NCBI GenBank assembly: GCA_965203275.1
Contig: OZ241865.1
Location: 1,280,001 to 1,344,000, forward strand
Direction: 5' to 3'
Source: Bdellovibrionales bacterium
GTDB taxonomy: Bacteria; Bdellovibrionota; Bdellovibrionia; Bdellovibrionales; JAUICD01
DNA: 64,000 nucleotides
Shown here: positions 30,593-41,933 of the stretch, one piece after another
Numbering within the stretch: the stretch's first letter is position 1
Layout: each line of letters starts with the position of its first letter
Position numbers and translations under genes: made by a program
Notes under the pieces: model-generated
Databases searched by the model: none
Told to the model about the DNA's origin: nothing
Seen by the model: only the letters and a program-made list of their open reading frames with translations

Positions 30593-30954
30593 TTTCACTC
30601 AAAATGCATCATGCCTCTGGCATGTTTTTGGACAATGACCGCAATGGCTTTCGCCATTGGCAAAATGGTCATTGCCTCAAAAATCTATGCATTTTGAGTA
30701 GGGCGAATCTCCTTGCTTCTTACACCATGTTAGGGAAAATTTCTTTTATTGCCTCAAGAGCAAGCGGGCTACAATAAAGGAGTTTTTTCCTTAACATGTA
30801 GTAAAAAAACGAAGGTTTCCTCCTTACTAAAAGTGAACAGGCTTTCTAGGTTGCCAGCATTTGAGAAGGCGGTAGCCTTCGGCTGGCAACCAGAAAGTGA
30901 CCAGAGGTCAGTTCACTTTGAGTGAACCAGAGGCATGATTTATTTTGAGTGAAA
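30593..30954. mobile_element. A-B-A composite (30593-30927) plus a stacked end supplying the fumC stop
   Basis: Two different A arms in inverted orientation joined by B. Confidence 0.8.
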
Positions 30955-32388
30955 TGTAGCATGGGTCATTTTCTGAGGGTCTACGTATTGATCAAATTCC
31001 TCTGCTGTAAGTAGCTTTAGAGCTATGGCTTCTTCCTTAAGATTCCGTCCACTTGCATAAGCAGCCTTCGCAATTTGAGCAGCCTTGTCATAACCAATAT
31101 ATGGGTTCAAAGCAGTCACTAACATAAGTGAATTTTCTAAATGTTGTTTTAACCGCTCCTTATTTGCTTGCAACCCCATTAAACATTTATCTGTAAAACT
31201 TATACAACCATCTGAAAGTAACCGGATACTATTTAAGACATTAAAAATCATCAAAGGTTTAAAAGCATTCAACTCAAAATGCCCATTAGCACCTCCAATA
31301 TTTACCGCTACATCATTGCCTAAAACTTGAGCAGCTACCATGGTCAAAGCTTCACATTGTGTAGGATTGACTTTGCCCGGCATAATAGAACTGCCAGGTT
31401 CATTAGCTGGCAAAATAAGTTCTCCAATACCAGATCGAGGACCACTACCTAACATACGAATATCATTAGCGACTTTCATTAAAGAACAAGCTAATGTTTT
31501 TAAAGCACCACTGACTTCTACTAAAGCATCATGGGCTGCGATGCCTTCAAATTTGTTCATAGCTGAAGTAAATGGTAAATGTGTTTCTTGAGCAATAAAT
31601 TCTATTGCCAGAAAGGCAAAATCTTTATGTGTATTCAAGCCTGTCCCTACGGCTGTTCCACCTAATGCTAAAGGATATAGTGCATGTAAGCTATTTTGAA
31701 GGCGTTGAATGCCTTTGTCTATTTGTGTACGATAGCCAGAAAATTCCTGAGCTAAGGTCAAAGGGGTCGCATCCATAAAATGTGTACGACCAATTTTCAC
31801 AATATCTTTAAATTCTTCTTCTTTTTTTAAAAACTCTTTTGATGTTTTTTCTAAAGCAGGCAATAAACAGGTGTGTATTTGCTCTGCAACAGCAATGTGC
31901 ATAACTGAAGGGAACACATCATTAGAGCTTTGCCCTTTATTGACATCGTCATTAGGATGAATAGGATATTTTTGACCTAACTGCCCACCTAAGATTTCAA
32001 TAGCTCGATTAGCAATCACCTCATTGGCATTCATGTTTGTTTGAGTGCCACTACCTGTTTGCCAAACCACTAAAGGAAAGTGGGCATCTAATTGGCCTGA
32101 GATCACTTCATCTGCTGCTTGACAGATGGCTTGAGATTTTTTTAAGTCCATAAGTTTTAGTTTTTGATGGGCTAATGCTGTTGCTTTTTTAAGAAGACCC
32201 AATGCCCGAATAAATTCTCTTGGAAAATGATCTTGACCAATCTTAAAATTTTCTAAGGACCTTTGTGTTTGAGGACCCCAATACTTATCTTGAGGGACAG
32301 AAACCTCACCTAAAGTGTCTTTTTCTACACGATATGCTATTTGCTGATCAGCCTTAAGTTTATTATTTGTTGTAATATCTTTATGCAT
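30940..32388 (-). CDS. fumC: Class II fumarate hydratase
   Basis: [26 protein letters not shown]. Confidence 0.97.
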   Translation of the reverse strand: MHKDITTNNKLKADQQIAYRVEKDTLGEVSVPQDKYWGPQTQRSLENFKIGQDHFPREFIRALGLLKKATALAHQKLKLMDLKKSQAICQAADEVISGQLDAHFPLVVWQTGSGTQTNMNANEVIANRAIEILGGQLGQKYPIHPNDDVNKGQSSNDVFPSVMHIAVAEQIHTCLLPALEKTSKEFLKKEEEFKDIVKIGRTHFMDATPLTLAQEFSGYRTQIDKGIQRLQNSLHALYPLALGGTAVGTGLNTHKDFAFLAIEFIAQETHLPFTSAMNKFEGIAAHDALVEVSGALKTLACSLMKVANDIRMLGSGPRSGIGELILPANEPGSSIMPGKVNPTQCEALTMVAAQVLGNDVAVNIGGANGHFELNAFKPLMIFNVLNSIRLLSDGCISFTDKCLMGLQANKERLKQHLENSLMLVTALNPYIGYDKAAQIAKAAYASGRNLKEEAIALKLLTAEEFDQYVDPQKMTHATFHSK

Positions 32389-32426
32389 ATTGTTTTACTC
32401 CTGCAACTATCAAAATCATACAAAGT

Positions 32427-34244
32427 CTACTTACCATCAACAAAACAATAAAGACGATCACCAGGTGTTGGCTTTAAAGGCTTCTCTGCCATTTCAAAGA
32501 TTAACTTCCCTGTTTTAGAAATTATAAAAAGAGGATATGCTTTGTCTTTATAAATTTTTAAAAAGTTACTGAATTTAAATTTTTCATCCACAAGGGTCTC
32601 TTGAAAATGCCATCCTTTAAAGTATTTTTCTATAATTTGTTCATATTTAAGATGTTTTCCAAACAATATTTGACCACAGCTTGTACTTTTAATGATATCT
32701 GATTCTGTTTGTTCATCTTCATCCAATGTTAATTTCATAGAATGCATGGGTAACTGGAAAACATGATCAGGACCAAAGTCTCTTTTGAAAGCATTGCAAA
32801 CCAGTGCATTATAAGCATCATTATCTGTGGTAGCTAGGATGTCATTTATTTCTGCAAGATTAAGTGATTGTTCAGTTGCATCTGATAAAATTTCTCCTTC
32901 AAATACAGGTATATCTTTTGCTTTGGCTTCTTGCAGTTTGTGCCAAGCATGATCAACTAATAAAACAGGAAATTTATGCTTTTTTAAGAGAGCTGCCATT
33001 TCTATTGTCCAAGGAGAAACCCCTATAATTAAAACTCCTTTTGGCCTTTGAGCTATTAAGCCAAGTCTTTTAGCAATTGTACTTAAAGATAATCCATGAA
33101 TGACCACTGTTAAAAAAACAACAGCAAAAATCAATGGAGTGAGCATTTCTGCCCCTTCATACCCTCTGTCTATAAGAGTTGGAGCAAAAAGCCCTGCAAC
33201 TGAAACAGCCACAACACCCCTCGGTGCAATCCAACCTAAAAGCAGTCGTTCTTTCCAAGTGAGATCTCCTCCAATGGTGGCAAGCCATACAGCAAGAGGT
33301 CTGACAACAAACAAAATCGAACCTAAAAATGCCAAACTTCGCCAATCAAGAGCATGAATATGTTCCATCTTCAAACTAGCTGTTAAAACAATAAAAACTG
33401 TAGAAATAAGAAAGATGGAAATATATTCTTTGAATCGTCTTAATTCATGGATGATACCTAAGCCCACATTACAGAGGGTAAAACCAAAAGCTGTAACAGC
33501 TAAGAGACCTGCTTCTTCTTGAATTAAATTAGCAGCTCCATAAATAAGCATAATAAAACAAAGGATCACAGGTACTTTTAAAAACTCAGGACACATTCTC
33601 CATCGGAATGTATATTTAATGAAAAAGCCACTACCGACACCAATAAGCATAGAGATCAAAATAGGGCTACCAATATTCAGAACAATATCTAATGGTGGTG
33701 TGGATTTTGTGGTTGTGATATAATATTCAAAAATAAACACCGCAAGTAAAACACCTAGAGGATCATTGACAACACCTTCCCACTTCATTAAAGAAGCTAC
33801 TCTAGGTGTCAACCTATTTTGACGTAAAAGAGGTATGATCACAGTAGGACCTGTCACCACTAAAATAGCTCCAATAATAGAAGAAACAGGCATAGACAAA
33901 CCTGCCACAAAATAAGCAAAAGCTGTGGCTATCATCCAAGAAATAGGCAAACCCAATAAGACCAACCGCCTTACTCCAGGGCCTGCTTGTTTGAGTTCAG
34001 AAACTTTAAGATTTAACCCCCCTTCAAACAAAATAATGGCCACAGCTAATTTGATCATGACTTCCATGACCTGACCAAAATCCTTATCCGGCTCTAGCCA
34101 TCCAAAAATAGGACCCGCCAAAAGACCAATGATAGAAAGTAAAACAATAGCAGGCATACGTATTCGCCATGCAATCCATTGGGCTGCAATTCCTAGAACA
34201 ATTAAAAGAATAGCTTTTTGAAGCAACACAGATAAAGTAATCAA
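32427..34244 (-). CDS. CPA1 cation/H+ antiporter with a TrkA-N-like domain
   Basis: Multi-TM; TGPTV, EGVVNDP, APRGVVA. Confidence 0.88.
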   Translation of the reverse strand: MITLSVLLQKAILLIVLGIAAQWIAWRIRMPAIVLLSIIGLLAGPIFGWLEPDKDFGQVMEVMIKLAVAIILFEGGLNLKVSELKQAGPGVRRLVLLGLPISWMIATAFAYFVAGLSMPVSSIIGAILVVTGPTVIIPLLRQNRLTPRVASLMKWEGVVNDPLGVLLAVFIFEYYITTTKSTPPLDIVLNIGSPILISMLIGVGSGFFIKYTFRWRMCPEFLKVPVILCFIMLIYGAANLIQEEAGLLAVTAFGFTLCNVGLGIIHELRRFKEYISIFLISTVFIVLTASLKMEHIHALDWRSLAFLGSILFVVRPLAVWLATIGGDLTWKERLLLGWIAPRGVVAVSVAGLFAPTLIDRGYEGAEMLTPLIFAVVFLTVVIHGLSLSTIAKRLGLIAQRPKGVLIIGVSPWTIEMAALLKKHKFPVLLVDHAWHKLQEAKAKDIPVFEGEILSDATEQSLNLAEINDILATTDNDAYNALVCNAFKRDFGPDHVFQLPMHSMKLTLDEDEQTESDIIKSTSCGQILFGKHLKYEQIIEKYFKGWHFQETLVDEKFKFSNFLKIYKDKAYPLFIISKTGKLIFEMAEKPLKPTPGDRLYCFVDGK

Positions 34245-34843
34245 GATGTACGCTCTTGGGGTTGTTTAGACTTTTGCACCCATCCCGTTAGGGTTTGTGA
34301 TAAAGCCTTATCTACAGGAATATTTATTTCTTCTACCTGGTTTTTAGACATAAAAATTGTAAAACCACCTAACTGATAACTCATAGGCATATAAACAGAT
34401 ACAAGATTTTTCTTATCAAGCTCTTTTTCATCCTGAAAATTCTCACGGGTCACAAGTCCTAAGATTTTCCTACCTCCTCCTATATCAACTAAAACAACGG
34501 AATTCATTCCATTTGTGTTTTTAGCAGAAAAGAAACCAACAAGATCTTTCATAGAGGCATAAACAGTTTTAATAAAAGGAATTTTATTTAAAATATCTTC
34601 GCCAAACTTAAGTAATCTTCGGGTAATCCATGCATTTAAAGCCAATCCAATAACAAATATAAGTAGAAAGGCAAAGAGTACCCCCATACCAGGTAAGTAA
34701 GAAACATCTGGAAGTAAATACTTGAGGATTTGACCAGCTAGTTTTTCTGTAAAAGTTACAAACCAAACAAAAAGACCAATAGTAGCAGCAATAGGAATCA
34801 CTGTGATCAGTCCCTTTAAAAAAGTGCTTTTAATGTGTTTCAT
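34241..34843 (-). CDS. DUF502 family membrane protein
   Basis: KGLITVIP..IPFIKTVY..VYMPMS pattern. Confidence 0.85.
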   Translation of the reverse strand: MKHIKSTFLKGLITVIPIAATIGLFVWFVTFTEKLAGQILKYLLPDVSYLPGMGVLFAFLLIFVIGLALNAWITRRLLKFGEDILNKIPFIKTVYASMKDLVGFFSAKNTNGMNSVVLVDIGGGRKILGLVTRENFQDEKELDKKNLVSVYMPMSYQLGGFTIFMSKNQVEEINIPVDKALSQTLTGWVQKSKQPQERTS

Positions 34844-35246
34844 ATATTGAGTCCCCTTTTGATTAAGTTGTAATAAATTCTATTTATTATTTTAGATTTT
34901 TTACATTTTATCAAGTCTTTATATTTGAGCCTGTTATGATATATGCCATTTTTGTTGATTTTTTCAGAAGTATACACCTACAACTGACCTGAAAAATCAT
35001 AATGCACGGCGTCAATTTGTAAGTTATTGAAATTATTTTTATTTATGATGTTTTTTAAAGTACTTAAGAGATTTGCTTTGAAAATAACATTTTTTATTGT
35101 ATTTAATTAAGGTTAAGATTGCTAATAGAGTAAAGAGACAGAACTTATTATTGATTAAAGGGGAATTGATTAAAGGGGATAGTAGAAGTGGTTTTATTTT
35201 AAAATTTTATTTAAATAAACATAATTTAACCAAAGAGGTGATTATT

Positions 35247-36419
35247 ATGAAACAAAATCAAGTAAAAAAATTAATAAAATTAAAATTAATTAATTTAGTG
35301 AGCTTTCTTTTAACTTTAATATTGAGTATGACACTCAATGCACAATATGCACAATCACAAGGCTTTTCTCATCTAGATCAAGCTATCGCTGAACAAGAAC
35401 TACTTGAACGTTTAATGAACATAGATCAAATGAGTTTAGAAAACTTAAGAGCTAAATTACTAGCAGCAGAAGAAGATAATGAAGGAGCTATGGCAGAAGA
35501 TGGAACTTACATCACAGAAAATGGAACATACTTCATAGAGCTATCAGAGGAAGAAGCCAATATAATAACTTTATTTCAAGATGTAGCTGATGTTTTTCAA
35601 TATGAAAATGCTGTTTCCACATTACCTTTATCCATTAGTCATTTAAGTAGTGTAAACGACCCTGATTCTACTACGAATGCTGATGTTGCAATATCACAAC
35701 AACCACAACAAGCTAACGTGCAACAAGCACCTCCACCTGTAGCCCCTCCCCCTGTAGCGGTCAAAAAAAATGGGGTGCTTAAACGTACTTTTAGTGGGCT
35801 TGGATATACATTTAAGATACTAACACCAAAACCAGTAAGAACAGCCTTTATGATAACGGCATCGGTTATTATGGGAGTATCTACCTATAAATACTTAGAA
35901 GAAAATCCTGATATAGATGGAGCTATACCTGCAAGAATTGCAATCAATGTTTCAAAAGAAGTTATAGTATTTGTATTGAAAATGACTAATGCTGCTATAG
36001 AGTTTCTTGCGAGCTTTGCCCCTGACCTCGGTGAAAATCAATCTTATCAAACCCCAACAGAGGTACCAGCACCAGCACCAGGAGGAGATACAACGCTTCA
36101 GCAAAGTCATGATGGGACTACTGCTGCCACTAGAAGCGAAATGATACTCACCGGCGGAGAAACAACACCTCCAGATCATGATGAAACTGTTGCTACTTTT
36201 GACCGCAACACACAACAAGGTGTAGAACATGTAGAACAACAACCTCCTCTGCCATCAGTTACTGAAACAGAAGTTCAAGTCCATGAACCGCATTGGATCT
36301 TGACAGTGCCGGGGCATTTGAAAGCTGTTAGAAAAGAAGTTGATGTTACTACCAATGACAGTGAACCTGCTGATTCTCTACTTACACGTATTCCTCCTAC
36401 ACGTCCTCCTTCTCAATAA
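35247..36419 (+). CDS. Exported hypothetical Pro/Thr/Gln-rich protein
   Basis: SD GAGGTG before ATG 35247; signal-like segment. Confidence 0.7.
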   Translation: MKQNQVKKLIKLKLINLVSFLLTLILSMTLNAQYAQSQGFSHLDQAIAEQELLERLMNIDQMSLENLRAKLLAAEEDNEGAMAEDGTYITENGTYFIELSEEEANIITLFQDVADVFQYENAVSTLPLSISHLSSVNDPDSTTNADVAISQQPQQANVQQAPPPVAPPPVAVKKNGVLKRTFSGLGYTFKILTPKPVRTAFMITASVIMGVSTYKYLEENPDIDGAIPARIAINVSKEVIVFVLKMTNAAIEFLASFAPDLGENQSYQTPTEVPAPAPGGDTTLQQSHDGTTAATRSEMILTGGETTPPDHDETVATFDRNTQQGVEHVEQQPPLPSVTETEVQVHEPHWILTVPGHLKAVRKEVDVTTNDSEPADSLLTRIPPTRPPSQ

Positions 36420-36423
36420 AAAT

Positions 36424-36502
36424 GGTCAGGCTTTCTAGGCGATGACCATTTTATCGATGGCGAAAGCCCATCGTGGTCATCTAGACCACTTTTAGTGAGA
36501 CA
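36424..36502. repeat. Truncated module A (reverse)
   Basis: GATGACC..GATGGC-GAAA-GCCCATC..GGTCATC followed by GACCACTTTTAGTGA. Confidence 0.8.
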
Positions 36503-36572
36503 AAAGAAGTGAAACTTTATCTTTCCGCTCTTGTATATCTTTCTTATTCTGCTATTTTTTTTAAGCAAAAAA

Positions 36573-38885
36573 TCATACAGTTAAAAGTTTTTCTATAATA
36601 ATATTAAAAGTTGCGCTTGGTCTCATAGCTTTTGTGACAGCCTTTTCATCAGGATGGTAATAGCCTTTCAGATCCACAGGTTGTCCTTGAACATTGTTTA
36701 TTTCTTCTAATATTTGTTTTTGTTTCGCCTTTAACTGACAAGCTACTTGATGATATTGTGATTTTATTTCCTCAAGCTTTTGTTTTTCTTCTGCTGTTTC
36801 ATCCCTTATCTCCTTGTTTAATTCCTCCACAAGGGCTTCTGTCAAATACAATGTCCAATAAAAATGACTACCTCTTGTATCTAATTGATACACTTTTCTT
36901 TTTGGTGATTTTTCTTCTTTTAAAAACCTCTCATTGGCTTTGTTTAAAGCATTAGCTAAAATGGAAGCCCCTTTATGAAGGTTTTTTTCAGATAAGTCTT
37001 CTAAGGCTACGGCAAAGGCTAAAAACTCACCTAAAGAATCCCACCTGAGATGGTTTTCTTTTAAAAACTGATCGACATGTCGGGGAGCTGTACCACCAGC
37101 CCCTGTTTCATAAAGCCCTCCCCCTTTTAACAAAGGCACAATAGATAACATTTTAGAACTTGTACCTACTTCTAAAATCGGGAAAAGATCTGTCAAATAA
37201 TCTCTTAAAACATTACCTGTGACAGAAATAACATTATCCCCTCTAGTAGTGGTTTCAAGAGTTAGCTTCATCGCCTCTCTAGGTGATAAAATATGAATAT
37301 CTAAATTTTTTGCATCTTGTTGCTCTGCATCTTGTTGCTCTGCATCTTGTTGCTTTAAATATTGTTCTACCCTTTCAATCAAGCATCTATCATGGCTCCG
37401 ATGACGATCCAACCAAAAGATAGTCTTCTGCTTTGTAACCCTAGCTCTTTTCACAGCTAATTGGATCCAATCCCTTATAGCTTTGTCTTTTGTTTGACAC
37501 ATTCTCCAGATATCCCCTTGTTTGACCTGATGTTTTAAAAGAATTTTTTGTGAAGATTTGTCTACGACTTGAATGATTCCATCATAAGGAGCTTGAAAAG
37601 TTTTATCATGGGAGCCATATTCTTCAGCCTTTTGAGCCATTAACCCTATATTAGACACACTGCCCATTGTTTGAGGGTTGATAGCTCCATGCTCCTTACA
37701 AAAAGCTATAACTTCTGTGTAAATACCAGCATAACTTCTATCAGGAATAAGAGCTTTTGTAGGGTAAAGTTTGCCATCAGGTCCCCACAATTTTCCTGCT
37801 GAACGAATTAAAAAAGGTATGGATGAATCAATGATCACATTGTGAGGGCTATGTAGATGTGTAATACCTTTATGTGAATCCACCATTGCCAAAGCAGGTC
37901 GATTTGCATAGCACTGATCAAAGGCTTTGATGATCTCTTTTTGTAGAGGAGAAGACTTTATCTTGGCAAATAAGTCATTAAGACCACTGCGAAAATTAAC
38001 AGATAGCCTTTGGATGTCACTTTCATACTGCTCAATAGCTTTTTTAAAATATACTTCGATAGCTTTGGCAAAAATAATAGGATCAGAGATTTTCATCATA
38101 GTAGATTTAAGATGTAAAGAAAGTAAAAGCTTTTGATGATAGCTTTGTGTTATTTCTTTCTCAAAAAACTGCTGTAAAGCCTCTATACTCATCATTGATG
38201 TATCTATAATCTCGTCTTTTAAAATAGACAAATGTGGTTTCAAAATATGCTCATGGCCTTGTTGATCGACAAATTTCACAGCCACATCCACAGCTTGAGA
38301 TATAGTTAAAGATTGTTCATTGCTATAAAAGTCACCTTTTGTCATAGAGGCTATGTGAGACAGGCTATCTTTGTCCCATTTTTCCATAAAGGAAGGATTT
38401 TTTTGAGCGTACTGTTTGACAGGTTGAGGCACACGACGATCTGAATTGCCTTCACGCAAAACAGGATTGACAGCACTGCCTAAGATTTTTTTGTATTTTT
38501 TTAAAATCTCTTGTTGTTCACCTAATAAGTTAGAGCCTTCTGGATAAGAGGGAAGATCAAAGCCTTGTTTTTGAAGTTCGCTAATGGTAGCTTTCAGTTG
38601 AGGTATAGAAGCACTGATATTTGGTAACTTGATAATATAAGCTGTAGGCATTTGAACAAGCTTTGATAATGCTAAGAGGTCATCCGGCACTTTTGACTTG
38701 AGGGAGGGTTGATGAGGGAAAGTAGCTAAGATACGTCCTGCTAAAGAAATATCTTTCATCTCAATAGAAATTTTCATCACGGATAAAATGGCTTGAATGA
38801 TAGGGAATAAAGAATAAGTCGCCAGAGCAGGTGCTTCATCTGTTTTTGTATAGATCATCTTAAGAGAAGAAATTTGATCAGCCAT
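36573..38885 (-). CDS. icd: Monomeric NADP-dependent isocitrate dehydrogenase
   Basis: YTKTDEAPALATYS, KLPNISAS, GTSSKMLSIVPL. Confidence 0.95.
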   Translation of the reverse strand: MADQISSLKMIYTKTDEAPALATYSLFPIIQAILSVMKISIEMKDISLAGRILATFPHQPSLKSKVPDDLLALSKLVQMPTAYIIKLPNISASIPQLKATISELQKQGFDLPSYPEGSNLLGEQQEILKKYKKILGSAVNPVLREGNSDRRVPQPVKQYAQKNPSFMEKWDKDSLSHIASMTKGDFYSNEQSLTISQAVDVAVKFVDQQGHEHILKPHLSILKDEIIDTSMMSIEALQQFFEKEITQSYHQKLLLSLHLKSTMMKISDPIIFAKAIEVYFKKAIEQYESDIQRLSVNFRSGLNDLFAKIKSSPLQKEIIKAFDQCYANRPALAMVDSHKGITHLHSPHNVIIDSSIPFLIRSAGKLWGPDGKLYPTKALIPDRSYAGIYTEVIAFCKEHGAINPQTMGSVSNIGLMAQKAEEYGSHDKTFQAPYDGIIQVVDKSSQKILLKHQVKQGDIWRMCQTKDKAIRDWIQLAVKRARVTKQKTIFWLDRHRSHDRCLIERVEQYLKQQDAEQQDAEQQDAKNLDIHILSPREAMKLTLETTTRGDNVISVTGNVLRDYLTDLFPILEVGTSSKMLSIVPLLKGGGLYETGAGGTAPRHVDQFLKENHLRWDSLGEFLAFAVALEDLSEKNLHKGASILANALNKANERFLKEEKSPKRKVYQLDTRGSHFYWTLYLTEALVEELNKEIRDETAEEKQKLEEIKSQYHQVACQLKAKQKQILEEINNVQGQPVDLKGYYHPDEKAVTKAMRPSATFNIIIEKLLTV

Positions 38886-38903
38886 ATTTCATTTCACAAT
38901 GTA

Positions 38904-39380
38904 TTATCCCAGTGAGCTTTTAAGCATCCATGCCGTTTTTTCATGGTACTCGATCCTTTCGCCCAGCAAACTCACTGTACCTTCATCGTTAGCATGATCT
39001 AATACAGTGAGGATATGCTTTGCTGTCTTGACAACTTGTTCATGGTCTTTGAGGAGATGAGCCAACATGGCTTGGCTGTCAGTTTCTAATTGAGGGTCTT
39101 CCTTAACTGCACTTAATTTAGCAAACTCTGTGTAGGAACCTGGCGATTTGACACCCATCACTCGAATACGTTCTGCAATTTCATCCACAGCTAAAGCCAA
39201 AGCCGTGTATTGTGTTTCAAAAAGTGTGTGCAGAGGTTGAAACATTGGCCCTGTGACATTCCAGTGGTATTTGTGTGTTTTCAAATAAAGTGTATACGTT
39301 TCGGCTAGTAGTTTTGATAAACCTTGAGCGATTTCAATACACTTATCACTTGCAATCCCAATATCTAAGTTTTTTGTCAT
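38904..39380 (-). CDS. dps: Dps DNA protection protein
   Basis: HWNVTG..DEIAER..HEKTAWML. Confidence 0.95.
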   Translation of the reverse strand: MTKNLDIGIASDKCIEIAQGLSKLLAETYTLYLKTHKYHWNVTGPMFQPLHTLFETQYTALALAVDEIAERIRVMGVKSPGSYTEFAKLSAVKEDPQLETDSQAMLAHLLKDHEQVVKTAKHILTVLDHANDEGTVSLLGERIEYHEKTAWMLKSSLG

Positions 39381-39485
39381 TATATCTGTCCTCTTTGTAA
39401 AGTGGTGAATATTTTTATTTCTTTAAATAGCTTTAAGCCTCTATTATATAAGCTCTTTGGTATTAGCTCAACAGTATATTGTAAA

Positions 39486-40229
39486 CTAACCTCCAAAAGA
39501 AAAGCCAATGCCTGCAAGAATATAAAAGCTATTTAGCTTTATGTGTCCAGGCATATCTACTGTTACTGGCGAAATTTCTGTTTCTCCTTCCTCTGGAAGT
39601 TTAGCATTCTGCTTAAGATCATCAAAGGAAGACAAATCATAACCTCCTTCTACTTTAACAAGTAATTGAGGGGTAAAATGCAATCCTATTTCTAAACCTA
39701 ATTGGCCGGTGATCCGTTGCCATAAAAACTGATTACTTGATATAGATTCTAAAGCATTTGCATCAGTACCAGATGTACTTTCTTCTTGAGATGTAGGTGG
39801 TAGATCAAAAGAGATCTTTAAATTTTTCCAAATATCAATCCCTGCTACAACACCTACAAAAAATGAACTGACATGAAATCTATAATTAGCTGAAAGAGCT
39901 ACGCGGTGGGTTCTTATTTTGTGGTCAAATTGGAATATACTTTCAATAGTACCTTCAGAATCTTTTTTCTCTGGATACCAACCATAGCCATATCGCACTC
40001 CTAAAGCCATACTACCTTGATTGTTAATAAAATGCCTATAGAGAAACTCTGCTCCTAAACCATAGCCTCTTTTTGAATCTATGTCTTGTGGCTCTTGCTC
40101 TTGAAGTTGCATTTTGATTTTTTTATTAAGGTTCATCCTTCCATGAATAGAAAGCTCTGGACTAGCTTGTGTTTGAAAAAAGCTTAAAATACCTAAAGCG
40201 AAAATAGCTAAATGAATAAAACTTTTCAT
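39486..40229 (-). CDS. Outer-membrane beta-barrel protein
   Basis: Signal peptide, amphipathic strands, C-terminal GIGFSF. Confidence 0.75.
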   Translation of the reverse strand: MKSFIHLAIFALGILSFFQTQASPELSIHGRMNLNKKIKMQLQEQEPQDIDSKRGYGLGAEFLYRHFINNQGSMALGVRYGYGWYPEKKDSEGTIESIFQFDHKIRTHRVALSANYRFHVSSFFVGVVAGIDIWKNLKISFDLPPTSQEESTSGTDANALESISSNQFLWQRITGQLGLEIGLHFTPQLLVKVEGGYDLSSFDDLKQNAKLPEEGETEISPVTVDMPGHIKLNSFYILAGIGFSFGG

Positions 40230-40497
40230 AATAAACCCCTCCTTTTTTGAGTGTTAAAATATGAAACAAATGAAACCTATTTTGAATATAGTCCAACAAA
40301 ATGAAAAAAACAACACTAACACACTTAAAAACTGTCAAAAAGTCATTCAAAAAAGAAGGAATTTAAAAAAATATACAAATAAATTATGATATTTAATAAA
40401 ATAGTGATATGATAAATATATGCATTTAAAAATAAATCAACAGGTAGTCTTAAATATATGATTTTATTAACTTAATTATTAAAAGTGAGGGGATATT

Positions 40498-41859
40498 ATG
40501 AATAAAGTATTATGGTCTTTTTGTTTGTTTGCTATGACTTTTTTATTAATGATAGGCTGTCAGACTGCACCGGATAAGAGAGTAGAAAATTTATTTCCAG
40601 AAGGTCCAGATGTTTCTGCTTTCAATGAAGAATCTTTTACTTCTCAGAATGCTCAAAATCAAGAAGACTTAAAGCTGACCCAGCCTGTCTTCAAGCCTAT
40701 ACCTGAAGTTATGAATACTTTTGTACAGAAATGGCTAGATTATTTCCAAGGACGTGGCCGTAAGTATATGGAGCTTTATTTAAGTCGATCGAGTAAATAT
40801 AAACCCTTAATGATGACCTTATTAAAAGAATCAGGGTTACCGGAGGATTTAATTTATGTGGTCTTTATTGAATCAGGCTTTAGTAGTACAGCAAGGAGCC
40901 ATGCTTCTGCTGTGGGATATTGGCAGTTTATCAAAGGGACTGGCCGTCACTACAATCTCAAAATTAATCATTTTGTAGATGAACGTAGGGATCCAGAGCT
41001 ATCAACCCTTGCTGCAATAGATTATTTTAAGAGCTTGTATAGTTTGTTTGGTTCCTGGTATTTAAGCCTTGCTGCTTACAATGCAGGGGAAAATCGAATT
41101 AAAAGTGCTGTTATGAGAAATCAAACAAGAGACTTTTGGCAATTAGCTTATCAAAGACAATTACCTGTTGAGACTATTAATTATATTCCTAAATTTTTAG
41201 CAGCTCGTTTAATTGCAAAAAATCCTCAAAAATATGGCTTTACTGAAGTGGCTTATGAGCCTGCATTAGAATATATCAAATGGCCTATAGAGCAACCCGT
41301 AGATCTCTCATTGATGGCAAAGCATAGTGATATTGCTTATACAGATATTAAAAGCCTTAATGCAAGTGCTTTGGATCGCTATCTCCCTGTTTTTTCAGAT
41401 AAACAACAATATATAAAATTACCTGTACAACAAGAAGATATATTGCAAGCAGCTCTGTCTAATAGTTATGTCAGTCATAAAAAATTGCGTATTAATTCTA
41501 TTCGATATCATCGGGTGAGAAGAGGAGAAACAGTCTCTCACATTGCTAGAAGATTCGGCACGACAGCATATAAAATTAAAAGTATCAATTCACTGGGAAG
41601 GAGGTATCATATCAGAGCAGGACAGGTGCTTAAAATTCCAACTCGTCACTATCAATCACCTCGCAGGCCAGCCAGTGGTACTTTAAAAAAATCTAAAAAA
41701 AAAAATAATCGAAAAAATATACATATTGTAAAGAGAGGGGAAACTCTGTTTGGTATTTCTAGAAAATATCGAGTTTCTGTAGCTCAGATAGCTAATGTGA
41801 ATGCTTTAAAAAATAGGTCTTTAATTCATGTTGGTAAACGGCTTGTCATCCCTGATTGA
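40498..41859 (+). CDS. MltD-like lytic transglycosylase lipoprotein with two LysM domains
   Basis: IESGF, AVGYWQF, AAYNAG, LysM repeats, lipobox Cys. Confidence 0.92.
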   Translation: MNKVLWSFCLFAMTFLLMIGCQTAPDKRVENLFPEGPDVSAFNEESFTSQNAQNQEDLKLTQPVFKPIPEVMNTFVQKWLDYFQGRGRKYMELYLSRSSKYKPLMMTLLKESGLPEDLIYVVFIESGFSSTARSHASAVGYWQFIKGTGRHYNLKINHFVDERRDPELSTLAAIDYFKSLYSLFGSWYLSLAAYNAGENRIKSAVMRNQTRDFWQLAYQRQLPVETINYIPKFLAARLIAKNPQKYGFTEVAYEPALEYIKWPIEQPVDLSLMAKHSDIAYTDIKSLNASALDRYLPVFSDKQQYIKLPVQQEDILQAALSNSYVSHKKLRINSIRYHRVRRGETVSHIARRFGTTAYKIKSINSLGRRYHIRAGQVLKIPTRHYQSPRRPASGTLKKSKKKNNRKNIHIVKRGETLFGISRKYRVSVAQIANVNALKNRSLIHVGKRLVIPD

Positions 41860-41933
41860 TTTTCATTGATTGATTTTCATTCAACATTCAAAGTGAGTAG
41901 AATTTCAGAAACAATATACTTTCAAAAAGATTT

